DNA of 64,000 nucleotides from the NCBI GenBank assembly GCA_044369905.1, contig JBILWM010000003.1:85-64084 (forward strand), written 5' to 3'. The DNA is from Terrimicrobiaceae bacterium (lineage in GTDB: Bacteria; Verrucomicrobiota; Verrucomicrobiia; Chthoniobacterales; Terrimicrobiaceae). This document shows, in pieces, positions 1-8,950 of this stretch (the stretch's first letter is position 1; each line of letters starts with the position of its first letter). The notes under the pieces were generated by a model that saw nothing but the letters and a program-made list of their open reading frames with translations, did not search any database and was not told the origin of the DNA. The translations under genes and the position numbers were made by a program.

Positions 1-329
1 TCTGGGGCTGTGATGCCCGCTATCCGGACGGGAACCTCCTTGTAGCTTCGGGATTCGAACGGTTGGAGAAAAACCCCGCCCTCACCGAAGGCAGCAGCCG
101 CTATCGCAAACCATGGCGCAACGGCTGCATCGAACTGCACAGCTTTTGTGCGGGATGGTATCCAGCCAAGGGAAATGGCGTTGTTTTCATCCGCCACCGC
201 GAACGCCTTTTTTCCTGCACGGCCGGCGATCCTCCCCGACCTGGCAAATACAACGATCGTCTTGCCGGGGGAACGAATGACGACCTTATCCACCTCGCCG
301 CACCCTTTGTGGAATGGATGCTTGCCCAC
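1..329 (-). CDS. hypothetical protein, N-terminal part only (runs off left edge)
   Basis: Stop-free minus-strand frame from a GTG at 327-329 down to position 1 (VGKHPFHKGCGEVDKVVIRSPGKTIVVFARSG...). Third codon positions are mostly G/C. It is absent from the ORF track because there is no stop inside the window. The start is uncertain. Confidence 0.3.
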   Translation of the reverse strand, partial: MGKHPFHKGCGEVDKVVIRSPGKTIVVFARSGRIAGRAGKKAFAVADENNAISLGWIPSRTKAVQFDAAVAPWFAIAAAAFGEGGVFLQPFESRSYKEVPVRIAGITAP

Positions 330-511
330 GAGAACTGGATTTCCTCCCGATGCGGACCGTGCTACCGAAGCGCCTGCTGGCGATATGTGCAGTCCCTGCC
401 CGGCGCCCGTCCATGGCTCGCGCCAAAGGAGGGCGTGGCTTGGCTCGAATCCTTTCTTCACCACCCAAACCACACACCCCGCGCCCACGAGTGGGCATTG
501 AGGAGCTTCCG

Positions 512-826
512 ATGATTTCCTGTCCCGCATGTGGATTTGATGAAAGCCGCCTCGCCAAGAGCCTCCGACTTGGGTGTTCCACCTGCTACACAACCTTTGC
601 TCCTCACATCGCTACCTTCCTGCCACGCCTCCATCGGGGAGTCACCCACACCGGCAAACAACCACCCGTGCCCACCATTGCCGAGCTTGATCGCCGCATC
701 GACAGGCTTGTGGAAAAAGTTCAAGCGCTTGCCCCGGACTCGCCGGAAGCAAAGGGTCTTAACCAACTTCAATCGTCATGCCGTGCCGCCTTTGATCAAA
801 TCCAAAGACACAACTACCCTTCCTAA
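512..826 (+). CDS. McsA-like zinc-finger protein (protein-arginine-kinase-activator family, second Zn-finger region)
   Basis: ATG at 512 lies 6 nt after an AGGAG at 501-505. The product MISCPACGF...LGCSTCYTTFAPHIATFLPRLHRGVTHTGKQP resembles the CxxC...LGCxxCYxxF...H.GK.P region of McsA. This is the trimmed inner part of ORF 314..826. Confidence 0.45.
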   Translation: MISCPACGFDESRLAKSLRLGCSTCYTTFAPHIATFLPRLHRGVTHTGKQPPVPTIAELDRRIDRLVEKVQALAPDSPEAKGLNQLQSSCRAAFDQIQRHNYPS

Positions 827-862
827 ACTCGTTTTTTACCAAACAAACAAAAACCTCTGCCT

Positions 863-1822
863 ATGACACCGCTCATCGTCATCGTCGGCTTTCTCGGAGC
901 CGGGAAAACCACCTTCCTTCAAAACCTCGTTCCAGCCCTCGGAGCCGAGGGGCTAAGTCCGTCGCTTCTGATTAACGACTATCAAAACGCCCGCATCGAC
1001 GCCGAGAGGTTCCGCGGGGTCATCGACGAAGTCACTGCGCTGAACGGCGATTGTGTTTGCTGCGGGTCGCGCGATGAACTCCTCGCGGCCCTGGAACAAT
1101 TCGAGCACCGGACCGGCCGCGTGCTTCTCCTCGAGACCAACGGAACCACCGATTCCGAGCAACTCCTCGAAACCCTTGCCTTCAACAAGGACCTCAAACG
1201 CTTCACTCCTCCCATTCAACTTTCGATCATCGACGGTCAGCGTTGGCAGCGCCGCTTCTGGCACAATGCCCTCGAACGCGAGCAAGTCCGCACGGCCACC
1301 CATCTTTTCATCTCGCGCACCGACATTATCGCCTCGGAACGCCTCGCATCCGTCGAAAAATCCCTCGACGCCCTTGGCATCGACGCCTCCGTGACCGATC
1401 CGGCATCCTTCGCCAGAGAAATCGCCTCGCTCCCCGATACGCTGAAATCAGCGCGCAGACACAAACCCTATAGCCACGATACAGAACACCACCACTCCGA
1501 GGGGGAACACCACCATCACCATGCGAAGCATCACTTCGCGTCCTGTGAAATTCCGCTTCCGGCATTCGTGTCCAAGCGTGCTTTCGAAGAATTGCTGAAT
1601 TCGCTTCCCAAGGAGGTTCTCCGCGCCAAAGGTCTCGTCGTCTTCCGCGAAGACCCCGGCGAGTTTCAAATCTTCCAAAAAGTCGGGCACGATGGCCCCG
1701 TTCATTTTTTCCCGATTGGACAGCACCCGTTGATACAAGAACCAGTCGCCCTTTTTATCGGCCCACACCTTCCTGTGGATTTTTTGAAAGCGCGAATTTC
1801 TGGTTTGAAAAGGCGCAGTTAA
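863..1822 (+). CDS. COG0523/CobW-family GTPase metallochaperone with His-rich insert
   Basis: P-loop GFLGAGKTT, CxCC motif GDCVCCG, and the His-rich stretch HDTEHHHSEGEHHHHHAKHH ahead of the CobW C-terminal domain. Confidence 0.85.
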   Translation: MTPLIVIVGFLGAGKTTFLQNLVPALGAEGLSPSLLINDYQNARIDAERFRGVIDEVTALNGDCVCCGSRDELLAALEQFEHRTGRVLLLETNGTTDSEQLLETLAFNKDLKRFTPPIQLSIIDGQRWQRRFWHNALEREQVRTATHLFISRTDIIASERLASVEKSLDALGIDASVTDPASFAREIASLPDTLKSARRHKPYSHDTEHHHSEGEHHHHHAKHHFASCEIPLPAFVSKRAFEELLNSLPKEVLRAKGLVVFREDPGEFQIFQKVGHDGPVHFFPIGQHPLIQEPVALFIGPHLPVDFLKARISGLKRRS

Positions 1823-2287
1823 GCGACGGCAGATGCTCGTTTACATCGCCCATAATCTCGAAAGGAAAAACTCCTCGCCTTGCTGGGAGCCTGCCTGCTC
1901 GACAACCGCGAACTCGCCTTGGGCGAGGAAAAGTGGGCGAAGTTCCGCGATCCGTTTCCAGAGTGGGTTGTTGAGCAGGATGAGGAAGATGCTTGAGGTG
2001 GGGGGATTTCAAAAACCCGAGGGTAGGCTGAAATGGTCTGGGTGCGAATCCGGGGAAATAAAAATTTTTCCAAAATCCCCTTGCCGAGCACCGCTGTTTG
2101 CTATCTACCTGTTTACACAAATGATGCCTCGTAAAGAGATTTGCCATTTTTCTGTTATTGTTTCGTCTGCATGCGGCGCTTGATTTCTTTGTTTTCAACG
2201 CGCGGCAAGCGCTCGTTTTTCACCCACCCGGCGTCACGATGACTTTTACTCGTGCGCTAAATTCACACCCCTCACAGAGGAGCTTCT

Positions 2288-2914
2288 ATTAACATCAAGG
2301 ACATTCGTATCAATGAACGAATCCGCGCCCGCGAGGTGCGCGTGATTCTTGCCGCAACCAATGAACAGCTGGGCGTCATGCGCCTGGACGAGGCGATTCG
2401 GCGAGCCCGTGCTCTCGGGTTGGATCTCGTCGAGATCGCTCCCAATGCCCAGCCTCCTGTTTGCCGCATCGTGGACTTTGGAAAGTTCCGCTACGATTTG
2501 GCGAAGCAGGAAAAGGAAAAGAAACACGCGGTCAGCAAGGTGAAGGAAATCAAGTTCCGGGTGAATATCGACGCCCACGACTACCTAACTAAGATCCGCC
2601 ACGCGGAGGACTTTCTCGACAAGGGCAACAAGGTGAAAATCCAGCTTCAGTTTCGAGGCCGCGAAATGGCCCACCAGAATCTTGGGTTGCTCGTTGTTCA
2701 GCGCGTTCGGGATGACTTGGCGGGAATGGCCCATGTGGACATGGAGCCCAAACTCGTGGGTCGCGCCGTTGGCATGACACTGAGTCCGCTTCCTGCAAAC
2801 AAGCGCCATCGCAAGTTTACCAAACACGGCGAAATCCTCGAACCTGAGCCCGAAGAGGCTCCCCACGAGGATGACGAGCACGAGGACGACGCGCCTGCCG
2901 GTGATGCAAACTGA
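2288..2914 (+). CDS. infC: translation initiation factor IF-3, non-canonical ATT start
   Basis: The ORF-track product from GTG 2336 (LGVMRLDEAIRRARALGLDLVEIAPNAQPPVCRIVDFGKFRYD) is IF-3. The conserved N-terminal INIKDIRINERIRAREVRVI is encoded in frame upstream. No ATG/GTG/TTG occurs between the stop at 2258 and 2336. ATT at 2288 lies 5 nt after GGAG (2279-2282). Confidence 0.88.
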   Translation: MNIKDIRINERIRAREVRVILAATNEQLGVMRLDEAIRRARALGLDLVEIAPNAQPPVCRIVDFGKFRYDLAKQEKEKKHAVSKVKEIKFRVNIDAHDYLTKIRHAEDFLDKGNKVKIQLQFRGREMAHQNLGLLVVQRVRDDLAGMAHVDMEPKLVGRAVGMTLSPLPANKRHRKFTKHGEILEPEPEEAPHEDDEHEDDAPAGDAN

Positions 2915-3596
2915 GCGGCGTCTCCTGCTGTTTGACATCGACGGCACTCTGATCACATCCGGAGGTGCCGGCGAGGGTGCCTTGAAGGATGCCATGAAGG
3001 GGCGTTTCGGCGTGGAAGAGGATTTGCAGGGCATTCTCCTGGCCGGGGCTACGGATGCCAAAATCGCCCGCGAGTTGTTGGCGAAGCACGGTATCGAAGC
3101 GAGTGCTGAAAACATCTCGGCTCTTCTGGATGAATATTTGCACCACCTTGCAGGCCGCATGCCTCGGCATGAAGGTCGGCTGCTGCCAGGAATTGTGCCC
3201 GTCCTCAAAGCTCTTGAAACCCATCCGGAGGCTGTCCAAGCCTTGCTTACGGGAAATCTCACACGCGGCGCGGAGATCAAGCTCACGCACTATGGTGTGT
3301 GGAATTTTTTCGAGTTCGGTGCCTTTGCGGATGATCACCACGACCGCAACGAGCTGGGAAAATTCGCGCAGGCAAGGGCGCTGGAGCGGCATGGCATCGA
3401 GTTTCCACCCGATCGGATTTATGTGATCGGTGACACGCCTCGGGATATCGAGTGCGGGCGTGCGATCGGTGCGAAGACCGTGGCCATAGCGACCGGGCGT
3501 TACTCGCTCGCCGAATTGGAAGAGCACGCGCCGGATTTTCTTTTCGAGGATTTCTCGGATACCGAGCGCGTCTTGGACTGCCTGCTCGGGGAGTGA
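2904..3596 (+). CDS. HAD-superfamily hydrolase (phosphoglycolate-phosphatase-like)
   Basis: Motif I is LLLFDIDGTLI, and the late motif is YVIGDTPRDIECG. ATG 2904 overlaps the infC stop at 2912-2914. Confidence 0.8.
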   Translation: MQTERRLLLFDIDGTLITSGGAGEGALKDAMKGRFGVEEDLQGILLAGATDAKIARELLAKHGIEASAENISALLDEYLHHLAGRMPRHEGRLLPGIVPVLKALETHPEAVQALLTGNLTRGAEIKLTHYGVWNFFEFGAFADDHHDRNELGKFAQARALERHGIEFPPDRIYVIGDTPRDIECGRAIGAKTVAIATGRYSLAELEEHAPDFLFEDFSDTERVLDCLLGE

Positions 3597-3598
3597 TC

Positions 3599-4435
3599 TC
3601 AGGGTGTGCCGCTTTGTTCGGCAGGTTTTTTCTTCGCCGTTGCGAAGGGCAGGTGAATGGGAACTTCTCCGAGTCGTTTGGGTTTGATGTGGGGCTTTTT
3701 GCCGAGTGCGTCACGCTCGTGGAGGTAGTTCGACAGCGTGGCTGAGATTTCATGGGCCGTGCGCATCGTGTCGAAACTGACTCCACTGCGGATGCCATCC
3801 ACCGCATTGAAGAGTGAAGTCAGAGCCATCGGGCCGCTCACCGTCAGCGTGGCAATGCCTCCTATGCCTTGGGAGATGTTCGATCCGCCTGTGGTTTCGA
3901 AGGCGAGAAATTTGTTGGGAACCTTCCCTGACAGATCCTGCACGACGACGATGGTTTCCATTTTTGTGCCGCCTGCGCCAAGGCCGAGCGTGCTTCGCAG
4001 GAGACGGCTGCCTTGGTTGATTCGTGCGAAGCGGCCGGTGAGGAGCCAGTAGTTTCCTTGAGGCAGGCTGTCCTCTGTGGAAATCACCCGCGCTGGAGCG
4101 ACATGGGTGCCGAGTTTTTTGATCAGATGCCTGTTGAGGCGGGCCTGGAGTTCAGCCCGGAAGGTTTCGAAATCCTTCCCCTTTCTATCCACGCGTAGGC
4201 CATCTTCATTCCAAGCAAAGGGAAGGATGAGGATTTCGTCTGGAGCGGTGACGGGCGGATTGGCACTCGTTTGGCGGATGTTGTCCACGCTCACGGAGGC
4301 GCAGGATGCGAGCCACAAGGACAACCCGGTCAAAACCAGCCTGGCTGCGCGGCGAAGTGAGGTTTTTTTGCGGTTTGGAAAAGCGTCGAAATTCAACAGG
4401 CGGGAGAGGGAAACAGATGGCATCACTGTCCTCAA
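3599..4435 (-). CDS. hypothetical lipoprotein
   Basis: Signal peptide with lipobox LSLWLASC; no catalytic motifs recognised. Confidence 0.6.
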   Translation of the reverse strand: MRTVMPSVSLSRLLNFDAFPNRKKTSLRRAARLVLTGLSLWLASCASVSVDNIRQTSANPPVTAPDEILILPFAWNEDGLRVDRKGKDFETFRAELQARLNRHLIKKLGTHVAPARVISTEDSLPQGNYWLLTGRFARINQGSRLLRSTLGLGAGGTKMETIVVVQDLSGKVPNKFLAFETTGGSNISQGIGGIATLTVSGPMALTSLFNAVDGIRSGVSFDTMRTAHEISATLSNYLHERDALGKKPHIKPKRLGEVPIHLPFATAKKKPAEQSGTP

Positions 4436-4488
4436 GACTCAAAAGCGCGGGGTTGAACCGCAGGCGATCATCACGCATCGTGGCGCGC

Positions 4489-5745
4489 ATGAAATTTTCA
4501 GCACTTGGTCGTAATCTCTCCGGCGGCAGCGGAATCGAAAGCCTCATGGACGACCTGGGCAAGGCGCTCTCGGGCGTCGGCCCGGCCCCGCTCATGCTCG
4601 GGGGAGGAAATCCCGCGCAGATCCCGGAAATGGAGGCCGTGTGGAAATCCCGCATGGAGCAAATCACTGCCGACCCTGCTGTGTTGCGGCGCACGCTGGC
4701 GATTTACGATCCGCCTCGTGGCAATGCAGGCGTTTTGGAGGCCCTCGCAGGTCTGCTGCGTCAAGAGTTCGGGTGGCCGGTGGGGCCTGAAAACATCGCA
4801 GTGACTCCCGGAGGGCAGACGGCATTTTATTTCCTCTTCAATCTTTTCGGGGGTCGTCGCGGGGATGGAACGCCGGGTCGCATTCTCTTTCCCCTCATGC
4901 CGGAATACATCGGCTATGCAAACCAGGCGCTCGAACCCGGGATGTTCGTTGGAGTTCAGCCCGGGATCACTCGCACCGGTGCGCACCGCTTCAAATACCA
5001 TGTCGATTTTCAAAATCTGAACCCCGGTTCCGATATTGCAGCCATGTGCGTTTCAAGGCCGACGAATCCGAGCGGGAATCTGATCTCGGATTCCGAACTC
5101 CAGCATCTGGCGGACATCGCCGCGCAGCGTGACATTCCGCTCATCATCGACAACGCCTACGGGTGGCCATTCCCCGGCATCGTTTTTGGCGAGGTGAAGC
5201 CGCTCTGGACTGGCCAGACCGTGCATGTGATGAGCCTCTCCAAATTCGGCCTGCCTGGCACACGCACCGCATTTGTTGTGGGGCCTCCCGAGGTGGCGGC
5301 CGCTGTTTCCTCCATGATGGCCGTGACTGGCCTCGCGAATGGAAACTTCGGCCAGGCGATAGCTGGTCCGCTCATTGCCACTGGCGAAATCGTTCGCCTC
5401 AGTCGCGACATCATTCGCCCCTTCTATCTTCGAAAACGGGACGCCGCACTTGAGGCTATCGCGGAGTTTTTCCCTCCCGATGTGCCCTATGCCCTGCACG
5501 AAAGTGAGGGCGCTCTCTTCCTTTGGCTCTGGCTGGATGGAGCAAAAAAGACATCGCGCGAACTGTATGAAATCCTGAAAAAACGCGGAGTCCTCGTCGT
5601 GCCGGGGGATTATTTCTTCTTTGGCTTGCCGGATGAGGAGTGGCGTCACCGCCGGGAATGCCTCCGCATCTCATTCGCCATGAGCGATGCGGATGTGCGC
5701 GCAGGGCTTAAAATCATCGGCGAGGAAGTCGCGCAGGCTTTTTAA
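4489..5745 (+). CDS. avtA: valine--pyruvate aminotransferase
   Basis: Near-colinear with remembered E. coli AvtA: MKFSALG..SGIESLMDDLG, LMLGGGNPAQIPEM, FPLMPEYIGYA, FKYHVDF, CVSRPTNPSGN, IDNAYGWPFPGIVF, and the PLP lysine in MSLSKFGLPGTR. Start trimmed to ATG 4489. Confidence 0.9.
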   Translation: MKFSALGRNLSGGSGIESLMDDLGKALSGVGPAPLMLGGGNPAQIPEMEAVWKSRMEQITADPAVLRRTLAIYDPPRGNAGVLEALAGLLRQEFGWPVGPENIAVTPGGQTAFYFLFNLFGGRRGDGTPGRILFPLMPEYIGYANQALEPGMFVGVQPGITRTGAHRFKYHVDFQNLNPGSDIAAMCVSRPTNPSGNLISDSELQHLADIAAQRDIPLIIDNAYGWPFPGIVFGEVKPLWTGQTVHVMSLSKFGLPGTRTAFVVGPPEVAAAVSSMMAVTGLANGNFGQAIAGPLIATGEIVRLSRDIIRPFYLRKRDAALEAIAEFFPPDVPYALHESEGALFLWLWLDGAKKTSRELYEILKKRGVLVVPGDYFFFGLPDEEWRHRRECLRISFAMSDADVRAGLKIIGEEVAQAF

Positions 5746-5758
5746 TGACAAAGAAAAA

Positions 5759-5785
5759 GGCGCTTCGCCTTTGTTGCGAAGCGCC
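5759..5785. terminator. bidirectional rho-independent terminator hairpin between convergent genes
   Basis: Perfect 10-bp stem GGCGCTTCGC / GCGAAGCGCC with a 7-nt loop. An A-run lies on the left and a T-rich tract on the right. Confidence 0.6.
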
Positions 5786-5808
5786 CTTCTTGTTAAGTCT
5801 CTGAAGCG

Positions 5809-6228
5809 TTAGGCTTGGGGATTCCCGTTGGAGAGAATCCGCCATTTTCCGCTTTCGAGTTTTTGAAGTTGGCCGAGTTTTTTGCCTGTGTTGGTGAACC
5901 ATACATGGACTTGGCCCACTGGTTTTCCGATTTTTTCGGCGAGTTCCCGCACGCTGACACCGAGTTCTCCGGCTGCTTCAAGGTGTTTGATCACCTGCTC
6001 TTGCATAAAGCCTTTTGGTGAGCGTGGTTTTTTGGAGCCTTTTGCAGCGCCGCGACGCTTTTTGAGGGATTTGGCGCGGAGGATGCGGGTGGCCGCGAGG
6101 ACCTCGCCAGAGGCCAATCCGGCGATTTCTTTTTCGACTTGAGCGACTTTGGCCAGCAGCGTTTCTTTTTTCTTGGTCAGAGAGAGAAGTGCCGTCAAAG
6201 TTTGCGTATTGATGTCTGATACTTTCAT
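5809..6228 (-). CDS. hypothetical basic protein with probable C-terminal winged-helix
   Basis: ORF trimmed to ATG 6228 (MKVSDINTQ...). Lys/Arg-rich linker KKRRGAAKGSKKPRSPKG, then an HTH-like segment GVSVRELAEKIGKPVGQVHVWF. Confidence 0.5.
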   Translation of the reverse strand: MKVSDINTQTLTALLSLTKKKETLLAKVAQVEKEIAGLASGEVLAATRILRAKSLKKRRGAAKGSKKPRSPKGFMQEQVIKHLEAAGELGVSVRELAEKIGKPVGQVHVWFTNTGKKLGQLQKLESGKWRILSNGNPQA

Positions 6229-6281
6229 TAGGGCGCTTAAAAAACAAGGAATGGGAGTCTGTTGCAAGAAAAATTATTCCA

Positions 6282-6944
6282 GTGGCAAATTTTAAAATAG
6301 AACCCAACATGCTTGATTATGGGCATTTTGATGTATGGAGGATTAAGGGAAATCCTGATGTGGGTCTTTTAAATCCGCAGGATTTGGAGCGGTTTCAAGC
6401 GATGCCAGAGACCGGTGCGCGCCGGAGTTTTTTGTTAAGTAGGTGTGCAATTCAATGTTTGGCAAAAAATTATACAAACAGTCATTCCGGAAACTTTTCG
6501 ATTTCATCGCATCCGGGGGGCAAGCCTTTTTTCTTGGATGTTCCCGGTTTGCATTTCAGTTTAAGCCACACGGAAGGCGAAGTGGCGCTGGCGTTCTCCC
6601 GTTCGCCGGTCGGACTTGATATGGAAAAATCCGGTCGCCGAGCCAACTTTCTTGCTGTGGCCAAGCGCTTTTTTACATCGGACGAGGTGCTGTCCATCGA
6701 AGCGCTCGGCGCTTCCGCTGGTGCCCGTTTTTTAGAACTTTGGACGGCCAAAGAGGCCGTGTTAAAATTGGAGGGAACAGGGATTTCCGGCGGGTTGGAG
6801 CGAGCCCGCATTTTAAGCGAAATGGAGTCGAACCTCGACGGCCGGCTTGTTTATTTGCACACTCTCGAATGGCCGGGATTGGTCGCCAAGCTGGCTTCGT
6901 TTGAAAAGCCAATCGAAGTCAGGTCGCGGGAGTTAGTTTTCTAA
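6282..6944 (+). CDS. Sfp-type 4'-phosphopantetheinyl transferase
   Basis: Motifs SLSHTEGEVALAFS, GLDMEK and WTAKEAVLKLEG. Start is GTG 6282 or ATG 6309. Confidence 0.8.
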   Translation: MANFKIEPNMLDYGHFDVWRIKGNPDVGLLNPQDLERFQAMPETGARRSFLLSRCAIQCLAKNYTNSHSGNFSISSHPGGKPFFLDVPGLHFSLSHTEGEVALAFSRSPVGLDMEKSGRRANFLAVAKRFFTSDEVLSIEALGASAGARFLELWTAKEAVLKLEGTGISGGLERARILSEMESNLDGRLVYLHTLEWPGLVAKLASFEKPIEVRSRELVF

Positions 6945-8657
6945 CAATGCCTTGCGTGCGGTTTCGAGATTAGTCTTGGCTTCTTGCAGGTTGGGGTCGA
7001 TCTGCAGGGCCTTCTCAAAGCAGTCTGCGGCCTCCTGCATTTTCCCTTCGCGAAAGAGGCTGACTCCGAGGTTGCAAAGATAAGTGGGGTTGTCGGGAAA
7101 TCTCTTAACAAGATCGCCGTAAATCTCTGATGCTTCTTGAAATTGACCATCCAGCCAAAGTGCGCGCGCCAGGTTCGCTTGGATCGCAACAATGGTCGGT
7201 GACAAGCGCATGGCTTCGCGAAATTCCGTGATCGCGGCTTTTGTGTCTTTGGTCGCCAGCACGCCGGAACCGAGGTTGTTGCGGGTTTCGGCGAGGTCCG
7301 GCCGGAGGCGCACCGCTTCGCGGAAATGCGGTAGAGCAATGTCGACTTTTCCGCGATTGAATTCTCTGGCTCCAAGTCGGTTGTGTGCTTGCCAGCATTC
7401 CCGGTTGTGCCGGAGCGTGTAGCTCCAAAGTTTGTCCTCATTTTCCCATACGGCGGCGTAATTGTGGCTCAAAAGGGTAAGCCCGCCTGCAAGAAGAATG
7501 CCTGCGCTGAAGAGGAGTTGTTTGCCCGTTTCGCCTGCCCTCGCAAAGGCCTCACCGCATCCCGCCGCAGCCCATGCGATCATTCCGATCATCGGGATAT
7601 AGACGAAGTGATCCGCCACCCAGCCGACCCGCATGTAGGACATCGCCACAAAGCCAAGCACCGGCAGGATGGTGATGAAATAAAATCCAAACGCCATTAG
7701 CGCAGGTCGGCCCCAGGTTTTTCGCCGAAGCCAGAAAACTGCGGCCAAGCCAAGGATAAGCACCCAAGGCAGGAATTGATAAACCTCGGGCGGATTCGCC
7801 TTCCATTGCGGGTAGATCGGCAGCAGCGTGATTGGCCAAAAAATCTTGCTCAGGTAAAAAATCAGCGCCATTCCCGCAATCGCCAACCGCGAGGCAAAGC
7901 CGCCGATCGGAATCGGCTCGTCACCGATGGCGCGGTTCAGTTGGAAGTGCAGGGTTACAAGCCCCAGCAAGAGGGAAATGAGGAAAAATGGCGCGCTGCG
8001 CAGAATGTCGCGCCAATCGATGCGACCCCGCAGCCACCAGACATGCAGGAGCATCACGCACGGGAACATGACGACCGAGCTCTTGCTCAGCATCGCTGCA
8101 AGAAACAGCCCCAGTGCGGCGAAGTAAAACCGGCGGCCGGAACCCTGTTCAAAGCGCACGACGCACCAAGCCGCCGCCAGAAAAAACGGGAGAGACAGGG
8201 TGTTTTTCAACTCGGAAATCCAAGCGACGGATTCCACACACAGCGGATGCACGGCAAAGAGGAGACCGGCGAACCATGCCGCCCGGATGCGCATTTGCCT
8301 CAAGAGCCCCCAAAGCAGGCAGGCCGCAAGCGCGTGGAGGGCGATCGAGACGATGTGGTAGCCGGTGGAATCCAAACCAAACAACCGCCACTGCAGCCAA
8401 AGTGCGCTCATCGTCAGCGGCAGATAATCCGCCGTCGCCGGCGCGAACCACAACCTGCCGAGTCCATCGGGCGCCTGCACATCCGCGTTGTTGGTCAGCA
8501 GATAGTCGTCATCCCAGAGCCACTCGCCGTGGTAAACGGGCGAGTAAATCCAAAAGCAGGCCAGAAAAATGACAGCCGCTTTCAGGAGCGCCGTCATCCA
8601 TCCAGTCGATATCGCAGGCCGGGACACCGCCAAGCACTCCCAAAAACAGGGTGCCAT
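6933..8657 (-). CDS. polytopic membrane protein with C-terminal TPR repeats (PMT/TMTC-like glycosyltransferase architecture)
   Basis: About 10 hydrophobic segments in the first 400 aa, followed by TPR repeats (WQAHNRLGAREF..., AITEFREAMRLSP..., AADCFEKALQIDP). An alternative start is ATG 8597. Confidence 0.75.
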   Translation of the reverse strand: MAPCFWECLAVSRPAISTGWMTALLKAAVIFLACFWIYSPVYHGEWLWDDDYLLTNNADVQAPDGLGRLWFAPATADYLPLTMSALWLQWRLFGLDSTGYHIVSIALHALAACLLWGLLRQMRIRAAWFAGLLFAVHPLCVESVAWISELKNTLSLPFFLAAAWCVVRFEQGSGRRFYFAALGLFLAAMLSKSSVVMFPCVMLLHVWWLRGRIDWRDILRSAPFFLISLLLGLVTLHFQLNRAIGDEPIPIGGFASRLAIAGMALIFYLSKIFWPITLLPIYPQWKANPPEVYQFLPWVLILGLAAVFWLRRKTWGRPALMAFGFYFITILPVLGFVAMSYMRVGWVADHFVYIPMIGMIAWAAAGCGEAFARAGETGKQLLFSAGILLAGGLTLLSHNYAAVWENEDKLWSYTLRHNRECWQAHNRLGAREFNRGKVDIALPHFREAVRLRPDLAETRNNLGSGVLATKDTKAAITEFREAMRLSPTIVAIQANLARALWLDGQFQEASEIYGDLVKRFPDNPTYLCNLGVSLFREGKMQEAADCFEKALQIDPNLQEAKTNLETARKALLEN

Positions 8658-8731
8658 GTCATGGAAAAACCTGACGCCCCGCCGTTATGGAATCGCTTGC
8701 GAAAGCCGCAGAGAGGCGGGATATTTTTTTT

Positions 8732-8950
8732 ATGAACGAAAATCAAGGATCGGCGGGAAATGTCATTGCGGCTGTTTGCAGTTTCTTTTTTCCCGGCTTG
8801 GGTCAGTTGGTCCAAGGCCGCGTGCTTTCCGCGCTTCTTTTCTTTGTGGGCGCCGCCGTTGTTTGGTTCATCAGTTTTGGCATGCTTGGCTGGACGATCC
8901 ACATTTGGTCCTGCATCAACGCGGCACTTTGGACTCCAAGGAGGATGTAA
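8732..8950 (+). CDS. small membrane protein
   Basis: Two hydrophobic helices (VIAAVCSFFFPGLGQLVQG, LLFFVGAAVVWFISFGMLGW). Its stop overlaps the next gene's start as TAATG at 8948-8952. Confidence 0.45.
   Translation: MNENQGSAGNVIAAVCSFFFPGLGQLVQGRVLSALLFFVGAAVVWFISFGMLGWTIHIWSCINAALWTPRRM

Noticed and set aside
63-515. 150-aa plus-strand ORF at the left edge
   Set aside because: The product is Trp/Cys/Arg-rich and not protein-like. The opposite strand has a more plausible open frame.
1823-2287. 465-bp gap upstream of infC as an ncRNA or leader
   Set aside because: Only weak AT-rich or 4-5 bp hairpins were seen, and I could support no recognisable L20-leader or other conserved element. A covariance-model scan would be needed.
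7776-8735. 319-aa plus-strand ORF
   Set aside because: Antisense to the TPR/membrane protein, with an extremely Arg/Gln/Pro-rich product.
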